DNA from: an uncultured Fibrobacteria bacterium
GTDB lineage: Bacteria; Fibrobacterota; Fibrobacteria; UBA11236
DNA: 64,000 nt
Direction: 5' to 3'
NCBI GenBank assembly: GCA_963716395.1
Contig: OY970309.1
Location: 1,472,001 to 1,536,000, forward strand
Shown here: positions 39,841 to 48,219 of the stretch, in pieces
How positions within the stretch are numbered: position 1 is the stretch's first letter
Layout: the number at the start of each line of letters is the position of its first letter
Position numbers and translations under genes: made by a program
Notes under the pieces: model-generated
What the model saw: only the letters and a program-made list of their open reading frames with translations
Databases searched by the model: none
Told to the model about the DNA's origin: nothing

Positions 39841-40568
39841 GGATAGCGCTCCTCGCCCAAAGCCGTGGGGTCGGCCACTTCGGCCAGTTCGGCGCAGGCG
39901 AAGGCTTCGGCGTAGCGGCGCTTGATGCGCAAACCCCAGAAGCGGGCCTGGGTTTCGATGGCCTGGAGAAAACCCGGGCGCACCAGATCGGTGCGGCCGC
40001 GGTAGCGGCCGGCCTGGGGATTGTACACCTGGCTGGCATAGCAATGAATGAGGCGCAGCTTCCGCTCCCAGAACGGCGTGATATCCACACAAAACGACGG
40101 CGGATGCGTTTCGGCGCCGATGGCGTAGAAAATGCGCTTGGGACGCCAGGGTTCGCCGCCCGCGAGCTTGCGCAACCCGGCGCGGAAGGCGGCCTCTTTC
40201 ACGCTGCGGGCGGTGTGTTCGTGGTCGGGATGCTCTTCGGAAACGTGGTGGGTGAACAGCACCCGCGGCCGGAAGCGGCGGATGACTTCGATAAGTTTTG
40301 CCTGCACCGCGAGACCGTTCTGCACCCCGCCGTCGCTTTCGCCCAGGCATACGCGCCGCACCTTGAGCGTGCGCGCCGCGGCCGCAGCCTCGCGGGTTCG
40401 CACCGCGGCCGATCCGCGCGTGCCGGTGCCGCCGTCGGTCATGTCGACCAGCACGCCCCGGCGGCCCAGCGATCGCAACCGCAGCAAAGTGCCGCCCGCC
40501 AGAATTTCCATGTCGTCGGGATGGGCCCCAATGGCCATGAAGTCCATTCCGGTTTCGGTTTCCGCCAT
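39837..40568 (-). CDS. bshB1: Bacillithiol biosynthesis deacetylase BshB1 (PIG-L family)
   Basis: GAHPDDME, GTRG....R..EA, HPDH, VDIT, YASQ, YAEAF; located between bshC and bshA. Confidence 0.92.
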   Translation of the reverse strand: MAETETGMDFMAIGAHPDDMEILAGGTLLRLRSLGRRGVLVDMTDGGTGTRGSAAVRTREAAAAARTLKVRRVCLGESDGGVQNGLAVQAKLIEVIRRFRPRVLFTHHVSEEHPDHEHTARSVKEAAFRAGLRKLAGGEPWRPKRIFYAIGAETHPPSFCVDITPFWERKLRLIHCYASQVYNPQAGRYRGRTDLVRPGFLQAIETQARFWGLRIKRRYAEAFACAELAEVADPTALGEERYP

Positions 40569-40571
40569 TCT

Positions 40572-42209
40572 TCACCCTCCCGCATGCGCCGGCGCGTCGT
40601 CGTCGGCATAGGTCAAAACACGCAAGCCCCCCGCGGGATCGCGCAGGTGTTCCGCCCAGGCGGTGAACCCCGTAGCGCCCAAGGCGTCGTACACCGACAA
40701 CAAATTAAGATGGCGATCCTGCGATCCATTTCCCAGCCAGCGCAAGAGCGGGTGAAAAGAGGCATGGGCCGCGGCGGCTTCGCGCTGGAACACCGCCTGC
40801 CGCGCCGCCTCGCGGTAACGGGCAAAGCCGCGCTCGAGCCTGCGGCCGGCGGCGGCGAGATGGCCGGAACCGGGCAGTACGCTTTCCTGGTAACGCCGAA
40901 GCGACCCGGACAACGCGTCGAATGCGTCCGCGGGAAATTCCGCGGCGGCGCGATGCCCGATCCAAGCCCGCTCGGTGAGCCGCGCGCGCAGACGCGAGGG
41001 GCCGAGGTCGGGCAACTCGCGCGGGCGGAAGTCGAGAGCTTCCAGCCGCCGCCACTCCGCATCGGGGCACAGCACGATCTGTTGGCGGGGGGCGAGCGCC
41101 GGCGGCGAAAATCCGAACGCGGGAAAGACGTCGGCGAGTTGGGCGAAATAGCGTAGTTCGGCGGGACCGAGCACATGGCCCAGTACGGGAAAAACCGTTT
41201 CCGCCGCCAGCGGTCGGCTCAAGGCGCTATGCAGCAAATCCAAGGGACCGGCTTGGGCCGCAAGATCGCGGCTTTCGGCGCCTTGCGCATACACCCGCAC
41301 GCTGCCGCCGACTTCGGTAAAGAACAGGCGCACACGCTGCCCATGGCGCAACATAAAGGCGGGTACCGCTCCCGGCCGTTCCGGAACCTGTAAGCCCAGG
41401 CGCGTGTCTTCCTGCAATCGGCGCGAACCCGTGCGGAACGCGCTTTGAAAGCCCGGCGCTTCGGCCAGCAGGCGGCGGAGCAAGGGCTGCGCCCGGGCGG
41501 CGGCCTCCAGCCCGTCGACGAAAAGCACGCCTTCGGACCCGAGCAGGCGTTGCGCCAAAGTGAGAAACGCTTCGGTGAGGCTGCACCCGGAGCGGTAGCC
41601 GGAGGCCAGGGCCGCGGTATCGGCCTTCCACACCCCGCGCATGTGTTGTTGCAAACTCGCGGCGGCCGCATCGCTGAGCACGCGCAGGCTCATGGGAACG
41701 GGGTCGCGCGGATCGGAAAATTCCAGCGACGTTCCGGCCGCAGGCGCATGGGGTTCGAGCCATTCGACCGCGTTGCATTCGGCCAAGTCCGAATCGTCGC
41801 CGGCCACCCAGAACAGGGGAAGAACCGGTCGGCCTAATTGTTGGCTCAGGCGCCGCGCCCAGGCGGCACAGGTCATGGCTTTGGCATACCACAGCGCCGG
41901 GCCGCCCAGCAGCCCGGGTTGCTGGCCCGTCAATAAAAACAAGGCGCGCGCATCGGCTGCGGCTTCCAGGTTGCGCGTTTGCGCCGGATGCAAGGGGGCG
42001 AAGGCGTTTTGGGTGCGCAGCCAGACGGCCAGCGCGGCGTGATCGCCGGTCCAGGATTCCGCCGCTGCCAGGCGGCGGGCCACGGCGGCGGGGGACTCCA
42101 GGGCGCCGCCGGGAAACAGCGGCGATCCTTCGGGGGACTCGGCGAGGTGACGGGCGGCCGCATCGCGCACCGGCGCCTGATACAGCAGCGATATCTTCAC
42201 GGCCAGCAC
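40572..42209 (-). CDS. bshC: Bacillithiol cysteine-adding enzyme BshC
   Basis: TGQQPGLLGGP...KA, PLFWVAGDDSDLAE, SRPL, LGPAELRYFAQL, QDRHLN. Confidence 0.88.
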   Translation of the reverse strand: MLAVKISLLYQAPVRDAAARHLAESPEGSPLFPGGALESPAAVARRLAAAESWTGDHAALAVWLRTQNAFAPLHPAQTRNLEAAADARALFLLTGQQPGLLGGPALWYAKAMTCAAWARRLSQQLGRPVLPLFWVAGDDSDLAECNAVEWLEPHAPAAGTSLEFSDPRDPVPMSLRVLSDAAAASLQQHMRGVWKADTAALASGYRSGCSLTEAFLTLAQRLLGSEGVLFVDGLEAAARAQPLLRRLLAEAPGFQSAFRTGSRRLQEDTRLGLQVPERPGAVPAFMLRHGQRVRLFFTEVGGSVRVYAQGAESRDLAAQAGPLDLLHSALSRPLAAETVFPVLGHVLGPAELRYFAQLADVFPAFGFSPPALAPRQQIVLCPDAEWRRLEALDFRPRELPDLGPSRLRARLTERAWIGHRAAAEFPADAFDALSGSLRRYQESVLPGSGHLAAAGRRLERGFARYREAARQAVFQREAAAAHASFHPLLRWLGNGSQDRHLNLLSVYDALGATGFTAWAEHLRDPAGGLRVLTYADDDAPAHAGG

Positions 42210-42964
42210 CTCAAAAGCAGACTCATGCGCGGCGAGGCAACAGGATCGAACGCATCTCCACCTTCGTCGCCGAACAGGCGCATCAGAGAAAACCCGAGTT
42301 CGTCCAGCACGGGCCGGAGCCGATCGAGCGTAAAGAGCCGCACTCGCTCTTCATGCACATCTTCGTGCACATCTTCCGGTACTTCTGTGTGCCTCTCACC
42401 GTGCCTTTCCCCGTCTGGCGGTGCCGTGATGCGGATGCGTTTGACCACGCGGTCACCGTCGAGAAAGCGCTCTTGCACCACCCGCCTGCCCGCGATGACC
42501 TGTTCGTCTTTCGACACCAGATGGCTTTTCACATAATCGGGATTGGGCAGATCGAGAAACAAAAAGCCCCCGTGCCGCAGAGCGCGGCGGAATTCGCGCA
42601 AGACCGCCACGTCTTCCGCGAACGTAACAAAGTACCCGAACGAGGTGAAAAAGCTGGTGAGCAGATCAAAGGCGGCGTCGGCGAAGGGCAGGTGCCGCAT
42701 GTCGGCCTGCGCCACCGCAGCCGGGGACGCGTCGCGCAATAGCACGCGACTCAAATCGACGCCGAAGGCGCGCAAACCCAGGCTGCGAAAACCCCGCAAG
42801 TGCCGGCCGCCGCCGCAGCCGACGTCGAGAATGCTCCAGGCGCTTTGGGCGTCACAGGCCTGCACGACCGCCCGGGTTTGCCGTTCGGCCTGGGCTTGGT
42901 CGCGGTTTTGATACAGCGCCTTGTACTCTTCGTCGAACCAGCGCTCGTACCAGTTTTTTTCCAT
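42197..42964 (-). CDS. Class I SAM methyltransferase, candidate bacillithiol N-methyltransferase
   Basis: WYERWFDEEY..LY..RD, LDVGCGGGRH, GVDLS, ADMRHLPF, FTSFGYF, ERVRL, SPRM; overlaps the bshC start. Confidence 0.85.
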   Translation of the reverse strand: MEKNWYERWFDEEYKALYQNRDQAQAERQTRAVVQACDAQSAWSILDVGCGGGRHLRGFRSLGLRAFGVDLSRVLLRDASPAAVAQADMRHLPFADAAFDLLTSFFTSFGYFVTFAEDVAVLREFRRALRHGGFLFLDLPNPDYVKSHLVSKDEQVIAGRRVVQERFLDGDRVVKRIRITAPPDGERHGERHTEVPEDVHEDVHEERVRLFTLDRLRPVLDELGFSLMRLFGDEGGDAFDPVASPRMSLLLRCWP

Positions 42965-43001
42965 GCCGACGCGGGAGTTGTGGGGCGCCCGGCCCCGCGG
43001 T

Positions 43002-43367
43002 TCAGGCCGAAAGCGAGGAGGAGAGTTGCTGCAGCGCGAAATAGACGTCTTCGTTCTGCACCGGCACCGGACAGTTCAAGGTCAGGGCTTTGGAGCGGCG
43101 CAGCTTGAGCGCGGGCGGCTTTTTGTTGATGCTGAAAACCACGGCGGGCTTTTGGTTCAACACGTCGAGGCGCTCGAAGTAACGGAACACCGATGCGCAG
43201 CGCTGCCAGCTTTCAAAATCCACCAGCAAGCCGTCGAAGCTGGTGGAGCGCGCTTTTTCCATCATGTCGGCCAGGCCGAAGGCTTCGAAAGGATAGGGCG
43301 TCGAAGTGAGCAAATCCTCGATTTGCTTGCGGAAGCTCGCATGCTCGGAAAAAATCAACAGCTTCAT
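43002..43367 (-). CDS. Stand-alone atypical receiver (CheY-like) domain protein
   Basis: MKLLIFSE / FDGLLVD / KPAVVFS / PVP..EDVYFALQQL follow the receiver beta-alpha pattern; AAGGA RBS before ATG 43367. Confidence 0.55.
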   Translation of the reverse strand: MKLLIFSEHASFRKQIEDLLTSTPYPFEAFGLADMMEKARSTSFDGLLVDFESWQRCASVFRYFERLDVLNQKPAVVFSINKKPPALKLRRSKALTLNCPVPVQNEDVYFALQQLSSSLSA

Positions 43368-43433
43368 GGTCTCATCCTTTCGTGACGCCATCCCCCGCAG
43401 GGGAAGGATGAGCAAATCTAGTAAGCGCCGGGC

Positions 43434-44813
43434 TCAAAAGCCCAGGCGCGATTGCACCGCGCGAATCGAAGCCAAGGTGATTTCCGCCAACTGCTCGATC
43501 TCATCATCCGAGGTGTTGAGCGGCGGCAGCCAGTACACGGTGTTTCCCAAATTCCGCAGCCAGGCGCCGCGGGGCACGGCTTCGCGAAAAATCTCGTAGC
43601 CGACGCGGGCCGCTTGCAGGGGCGCGGGCAGGGCCAAGTCGCCGGCGGCCATGACGCCCAAGTGACGCGAGGCCGTCAAGACGCCGGCTGCGACCGCAAC
43701 TTGCTCCCAGGCGGTTTCGAGGCGGCGCGACAAACCGGCGACGGATTGGGCAAACCCGGGTTCGGCGTAGATGCGCAGCGCCTCCAAGGCCACGGCCGCG
43801 CCCAAGGCATTCCCGGCATAGGTGTTGGAGTGCAGGAAGTCGCGGCCGGTGCCGTAGTCGGCGTAAAACAAAGCGTAAAGATCGGGGTGGATCAGCGCGG
43901 CCGAAAACGGCAGCCATCCGGCCGTCAGGCCTTTCGACAGACAGACCAGGTCGGGTGTTACTCCGGCGTGACGTAGCGCCAACGTTTCACCCGTGCGCCA
44001 GAATCCGGTGAGAATTTCGTCGGCCACGAAATACACGCCGTGCGCGCTTGTCCAGGTCCGCAGCCGGCGCAGGAGATCGGGGCTGTACACGCGCATGCCG
44101 CCCGCGCCCTGCAACACGGGCTCGACGATCAAGGCGGCGGCCGTGTCGGCCCAAGGCCGCAACTGGGCTTCCAGCGCGGGCCAGGCCGCCGAGGCGTCGG
44201 CCCACTGCGGGTCGCGTGGCGAAGAGACATAGGGCAGGCCGCGCAGAATGTGCGGCGTCGGCAAAACCGCGGCGAAGGGCGCGCGGTACAATCCCAAATC
44301 GCTGACGGCCAAGGCCAGACCGCTTTCGCCGTGGTACCCGTTTTCCAGGGCGATGAAGCGCGTGCGCTGGGGTTGGCCGCGCACGTGTTGGGCTTGCAGA
44401 CACAGCTTCAGCGCGATTTCCACCGCGGTGGAGCCGTCGCCGCCGTAGAACACCTTGTCGAGCGGCGGGCAGAGCGCGGCCAGAACTTCCGACAATTCCG
44501 CCAGACCGGCCTGCGCGGTATTGGCGGCAATCACGTGTTCGAAACGCTCGGCCTGGCGCAGCAGGGCGGCGCGCAGGCGCGGATGGCTGTGGCCCAGGGA
44601 TTTGCACCACCAGCTCGAAATCGCGTCGAGCACGCGTCGGCCGTCTTTGAGGATCAAATAAGAACCGGAGGCGCCCGCCACCTCGACGGGGGGAAAGGCT
44701 TGGTAATCCTTCATCTGAGAACAAGGGTGCCAATGGTGACTGAGATCGCGTGCCACCACGTTGCCGGAACGTCCCGGAGGGGTGGAGGGGTTTGCGTCGG
44801 ATTCGGTTTTCAT
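43434..44813 (-). CDS. bioA: Adenosylmethionine-8-amino-7-oxononanoate aminotransferase
   Basis: WHPCSQMKD, DAISSWW, GSTAVEIALK, YHGE, QGAGGM, DEILTGF, SKGLTAG, HSNTYAGN. Confidence 0.95.
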   Translation of the reverse strand: MKTESDANPSTPPGRSGNVVARDLSHHWHPCSQMKDYQAFPPVEVAGASGSYLILKDGRRVLDAISSWWCKSLGHSHPRLRAALLRQAERFEHVIAANTAQAGLAELSEVLAALCPPLDKVFYGGDGSTAVEIALKLCLQAQHVRGQPQRTRFIALENGYHGESGLALAVSDLGLYRAPFAAVLPTPHILRGLPYVSSPRDPQWADASAAWPALEAQLRPWADTAAALIVEPVLQGAGGMRVYSPDLLRRLRTWTSAHGVYFVADEILTGFWRTGETLALRHAGVTPDLVCLSKGLTAGWLPFSAALIHPDLYALFYADYGTGRDFLHSNTYAGNALGAAVALEALRIYAEPGFAQSVAGLSRRLETAWEQVAVAAGVLTASRHLGVMAAGDLALPAPLQAARVGYEIFREAVPRGAWLRNLGNTVYWLPPLNTSDDEIEQLAEITLASIRAVQSRLGF

Positions 44814-44965
44814 GCCCTATTCCAGGTACGGCCATCGGATGGTTGCTTGGGCGGAAGGGATTGTGCATGGGCTTGCGCCTTGCGCAGCCACGACGCCAGC
44901 ACGGCTGCGGGAGGCGCTTTCCATTTCCGGATTCCGGATTTCTGGGCGGAAGTTTGCGCGGGCAT
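44810..44965 (-). CDS. Unannotated 51-aa small protein translationally coupled to bioA
   Basis: GGAGGAGG RBS, ATG at 44965, MPAQTSAQKSGIRKWKAPPAAVLASWLRKAQAHAQSLPPKQPSDGRTWNRA*, TGA overlaps the bioA ATG (ATGA). Confidence 0.55.
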   Translation of the reverse strand: MPAQTSAQKSGIRKWKAPPAAVLASWLRKAQAHAQSLPPKQPSDGRTWNRA

Positions 44966-45042
44966 ATTCCTCCTCCCGGTGCGGAGGCGCCGGAAACGGT
45001 TCGGCCTGCAATGTAGGATTGCGGAGACAGGGAATCCGGCCG

Positions 45043-45795
45043 CTACAATACGAATTGGTAGGTGACGGTGAAGCGCGCGGGTAGGGCCTGTCCCTTGTCG
45101 ATATAGGGTTTATAACGCGTGGCCCGCGACGCTGTGAGCGCCGCCGTGTCGAAATCTTTGCCCCCGGACTTCTGAATCGAAGCGTCGACCACCCGGCCTT
45201 GGGCGTCGATGGTGACCGTGACCAGTACCGTCGAAGTGACCCCTTGCTCTTCAGCCCATTCCGGATACACCGGCATCACCTTGTTCAAGGCATCTGGTTC
45301 CTGGCTGATTTGCACCGGCTGAGGGGGCGGTGGGGGCGGCGTTTTTTGCACGATGCTGTCGGGCTTTTTCATCAAGGTATTGCCGGTGGCCACAGCCAAA
45401 TCGCCCTTGTCCGAAGTCTCCTTGTCGTCCAGGCCGAACACCGGCGGGGGCGGCTTGGGTGTCGGCGGGGGCGGCGGCGCTTTGGGCTCGGGCGGCGGGG
45501 GTGGCGGTTTGGGTTTGGGAGGCGGCGGAATGACTTTAGGCGGTGGTGGAGGTGGCGGCGGAGGCGGCGGGGCCACTTCGACGATTTGCACGGTTTCTTC
45601 ACTGATCATTTTGGAGATCGGCAGCTTGCGCACACTGAAAAGAAAAACCGCGATGAGAGCCAGAATCACGACCGCTCCCAACCAATCGCCTCCGCGCATG
45701 CGGCGCGGGGCGGGGAAATTCAGGTGCAGGCCGTCTGGAATAGCGCCGGAAGGCCGGCGGCGCCGGCGCACACGCTGCGGAGCCCGCGCAATCAT
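45043..45795 (-). CDS. tonB: Energy transducer TonB
   Basis: N-term TM, poly-Pro linker, PVYPEWAEEQG, VTIDAQGRV, FDTAAL. Confidence 0.92.
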   Translation of the reverse strand: MIARAPQRVRRRRRPSGAIPDGLHLNFPAPRRMRGGDWLGAVVILALIAVFLFSVRKLPISKMISEETVQIVEVAPPPPPPPPPPPKVIPPPPKPKPPPPPPEPKAPPPPPTPKPPPPVFGLDDKETSDKGDLAVATGNTLMKKPDSIVQKTPPPPPPQPVQISQEPDALNKVMPVYPEWAEEQGVTSTVLVTVTIDAQGRVVDASIQKSGGKDFDTAALTASRATRYKPYIDKGQALPARFTVTYQFVL

Positions 45796-46205
45796 GGATA
45801 CGACCGCACCACCTTCAAGGCGTATTTGGTCACGCCCGCGCCTCGCACCAAATCGAGCAGCCAGACCACTTTTTTATACGGCAGGTCCTCATCGGCCGAG
45901 ATCAGCACCTGGTGATCGGGCTCTTGCCGCACGTCCTGCTGTAACGCCGCGGTGACGGTGGCCGAATCGGTGGGCTCGCCATCGAGATACAATTGCAGGT
46001 TGCGGTCGAGCACCAGGCCCGAAGCTTTGGGCGCTTCGGTGCCGGCGTGCGCGGCTTTGGGCAGACTGAGGGGAATCTCGCGCTGATCCATCACCGAACT
46101 GGTGATCATGAAAATGATGAGCAGCACCAGAAAGATGTCCACCAAGGGCGTGATGTTGATGGCGGTCATGATTTCGTCGTCGTTGTCGGAAGTCGACGCG
46201 GCCAT
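45792..46205 (-). CDS. exbD: ExbD/TolR
   Basis: INITPLVDIFLVLLIIFM, LPKA, ISAD...Y..VV...D...AG. Confidence 0.95.
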   Translation of the reverse strand: MAASTSDNDDEIMTAINITPLVDIFLVLLIIFMITSSVMDQREIPLSLPKAAHAGTEAPKASGLVLDRNLQLYLDGEPTDSATVTAALQQDVRQEPDHQVLISADEDLPYKKVVWLLDLVRGAGVTKYALKVVRSYP

Positions 46206-46850
46206 TCAACCCTCCCGACCCAAGGTGGTTTGCAGGCTGCGCGCCACCAGCAGCCCCCGCAATTCCCGGGCTTGCTCCAGTATGCGGCGGCTGCGGTTGC
46301 GCAGAACGTTGTAGAAGACCACGGCGGGAATGGCGACCATGAGGCCGAGCGCGGTGGCGATCAGCGCCTGGGAGATGGCGAGCATGACTTCGGTCGAACC
46401 GCGTCCGCCCGAGGCCGCGAAGCGATCGAAGGCCACCAAAATGCCGATCACCGTGCCCGTGAGCCCGACGAAGGGCGCGTTCGCACCCACCGTGCCGAGA
46501 AAGGAAAGGCCCTGATCGAGTTCGCGCTTTTCCGCCGACTCCTGCACATCGAAAACTTTTTCCAGGGCTTCGGGCGCCAGATTCAAATTGGCCAATCCGG
46601 TTTTCACCACCCGCCCCGGAACCGTGGCCGCGTCTTTTTCATCGACCACGGCCACCTCGGGTTGGGGCGAAGCCACTCCGCTTGTCAAGGCCGCCACCCA
46701 TTTTTCCGGCTTGCCTCCGGCCTGGGAAAAGGCGCGCCAGCGCCAGACGAAAATGGCGACGATGGCGAATTCGAGAAACACCAACAAGGCCAACAAGAAC
46801 CGCTCCAGGAACACGAGAAAGGGAGCCAGATATTCAATCACATGGACCAT
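46206..46850 (-). CDS. exbB: ExbB/TolQ/MotA proton channel
   Basis: LGTVGANAPFVGLTGTVIGI, ISQALIATALGLMVAIPA. Confidence 0.95.
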   Translation of the reverse strand: MVHVIEYLAPFLVFLERFLLALLVFLEFAIVAIFVWRWRAFSQAGGKPEKWVAALTSGVASPQPEVAVVDEKDAATVPGRVVKTGLANLNLAPEALEKVFDVQESAEKRELDQGLSFLGTVGANAPFVGLTGTVIGILVAFDRFAASGGRGSTEVMLAISQALIATALGLMVAIPAVVFYNVLRNRSRRILEQARELRGLLVARSLQTTLGREG

Positions 46851-46917
46851 GTTTCACTCCTTGAAAAAACCGCATTCGCCCCGGTATTACCTATTGGAAG
46901 AAGGTAACAAGTAAGGA

Positions 46918-48219
46918 TCAGCCTCCTGAATTGTTCAGTTTCTGGCGCAGCCAGACCTTGTGCAGCGCCGGCACCGAAAACGTGTCGGGGCTCAGGGCCA
47001 TGACCTGCACCGAAAGGCTGTCGACCACGGCGGCCGAGAAATAACCCGCGCCGCCCTGTACATTGGTGGGCTCGATGACGTTGCCGCTTTGCCCGGCATT
47101 ACCCCCGCCTCCGCCGCCGATTCCCGGCGCGACCACGTCGCGGTAATGGGCATTGGCATAGTTGGAATCGACGGCGTAGAAATAAAAGGTGTTGCGCCCG
47201 GTATAGCCCAAGGCCAGGTTAGAAATGGCGACGGTGTCGGGATAATTCGCCACCTGCATACCGCCGCGGGTCAGGATTTCGGCGACGGAGGAATTCTCCG
47301 GCTGATACAGGCTGGCCGAGTCGATTTTGGTCTGCGAGAGGCTTTGTTCAAACTCTTTGCGCAACGGGCTTTCAATGCGGGCCCGGGTGGTATCCCAACC
47401 CATCACCACCACCAGGCCGCCATAGTCGGCGGCGTCGTAATTCTGCGCGAAATGCCAGGAGCGCGCGAAGTGCTGCAAAATTCCCCCGGATCCGGCGTCG
47501 GGATTCGGTGCGGCGGTTGGGTCGAAAATGAAATAAACGCTATCGCCGTCTGCGACGGGACGCAGAACGAGGTAACCTTGCAGATACCGTTGGAAATCCG
47601 CCACCGTTACCCCCAGGGGGGCCCAGGGCTTGATCGCGTTCAGGCTGTCGTAGAGCGCCGCCAAATCGCCGGTGTCCTGCAAGGCCTTCTGCTCTACGGC
47701 CAGCGGCAATCCCGTCGCGAGAGCGGGGTGCAGGGCTTCCAGGGGAACTTCGACGGGTTCCCGCAAGGAGTAATAGCCTTGGGTATAGGTGGCGGCCGTC
47801 AGGGTGTCGTCGGCGAACGAGGTGTCGGCGGGAAATTCACGCGCGTTATTCCAGCGCACGAAGGCGTGCAAGGTGTAATGCGCCCCTACGCCTACGGTGT
47901 CGGTTTTCACCGGCCGCCAGATGCGCGTGTCAAGCGAATCCATGCGGTAATAGACCGTATCGGCGGGCGACCCTTCGCGCACCACGAAGATGCGGGTGGA
48001 GTCGGCCGCGACGAAGGCCCGCGCGCTGTCGTATTGCTGGTCCAGCGACAGCGGGCGTTCCAGCCACAGGCTGTCGTAAGGCCTGCCGGCCACCAGCATG
48101 CACGACACGTTCAAAGTGATGGGGGCCTTTTGGCTGTCGACCTGCATGTTCCAGGGGCCGAGCAGGCAACCGGCTAGGCCCGCGGCGGCGGCCAGGGGAA
48201 GGAAGCGCCTAAAACTCAT
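46918..48219 (-). CDS. Outer-membrane lipoprotein partner of the TonB receptor (DUF4249-like)
   Basis: Lipobox GLAGC; FYAVDSNY and TNVQGGAGYFSA near the C-term resemble DUF4249; overlaps the receptor stop. Confidence 0.6.
   Translation of the reverse strand: MSFRRFLPLAAAAGLAGCLLGPWNMQVDSQKAPITLNVSCMLVAGRPYDSLWLERPLSLDQQYDSARAFVAADSTRIFVVREGSPADTVYYRMDSLDTRIWRPVKTDTVGVGAHYTLHAFVRWNNAREFPADTSFADDTLTAATYTQGYYSLREPVEVPLEALHPALATGLPLAVEQKALQDTGDLAALYDSLNAIKPWAPLGVTVADFQRYLQGYLVLRPVADGDSVYFIFDPTAAPNPDAGSGGILQHFARSWHFAQNYDAADYGGLVVVMGWDTTRARIESPLRKEFEQSLSQTKIDSASLYQPENSSVAEILTRGGMQVANYPDTVAISNLALGYTGRNTFYFYAVDSNYANAHYRDVVAPGIGGGGGGNAGQSGNVIEPTNVQGGAGYFSAAVVDSLSVQVMALSPDTFSVPALHKVWLRQKLNNSGG

Noticed and set aside
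39841-40575. Apparent N-terminal extensions of bshA, and likewise of sdhA, sdhB, purM, argH and PAP2, in the ORF track
   Set aside because: The extensions overlap neighbouring genes or promoters and are low-complexity; family motifs start at the downstream starts used here
44814-45042. Possible riboswitch upstream of bioA
   Set aside because: No known aptamer motif was recognised; the region is better explained by the 51-aa ORF
45320-45575. G-rich repetitive stretch resembling a simple repeat or G-quadruplex array
   Set aside because: It is the reverse complement of the TonB poly-proline linker
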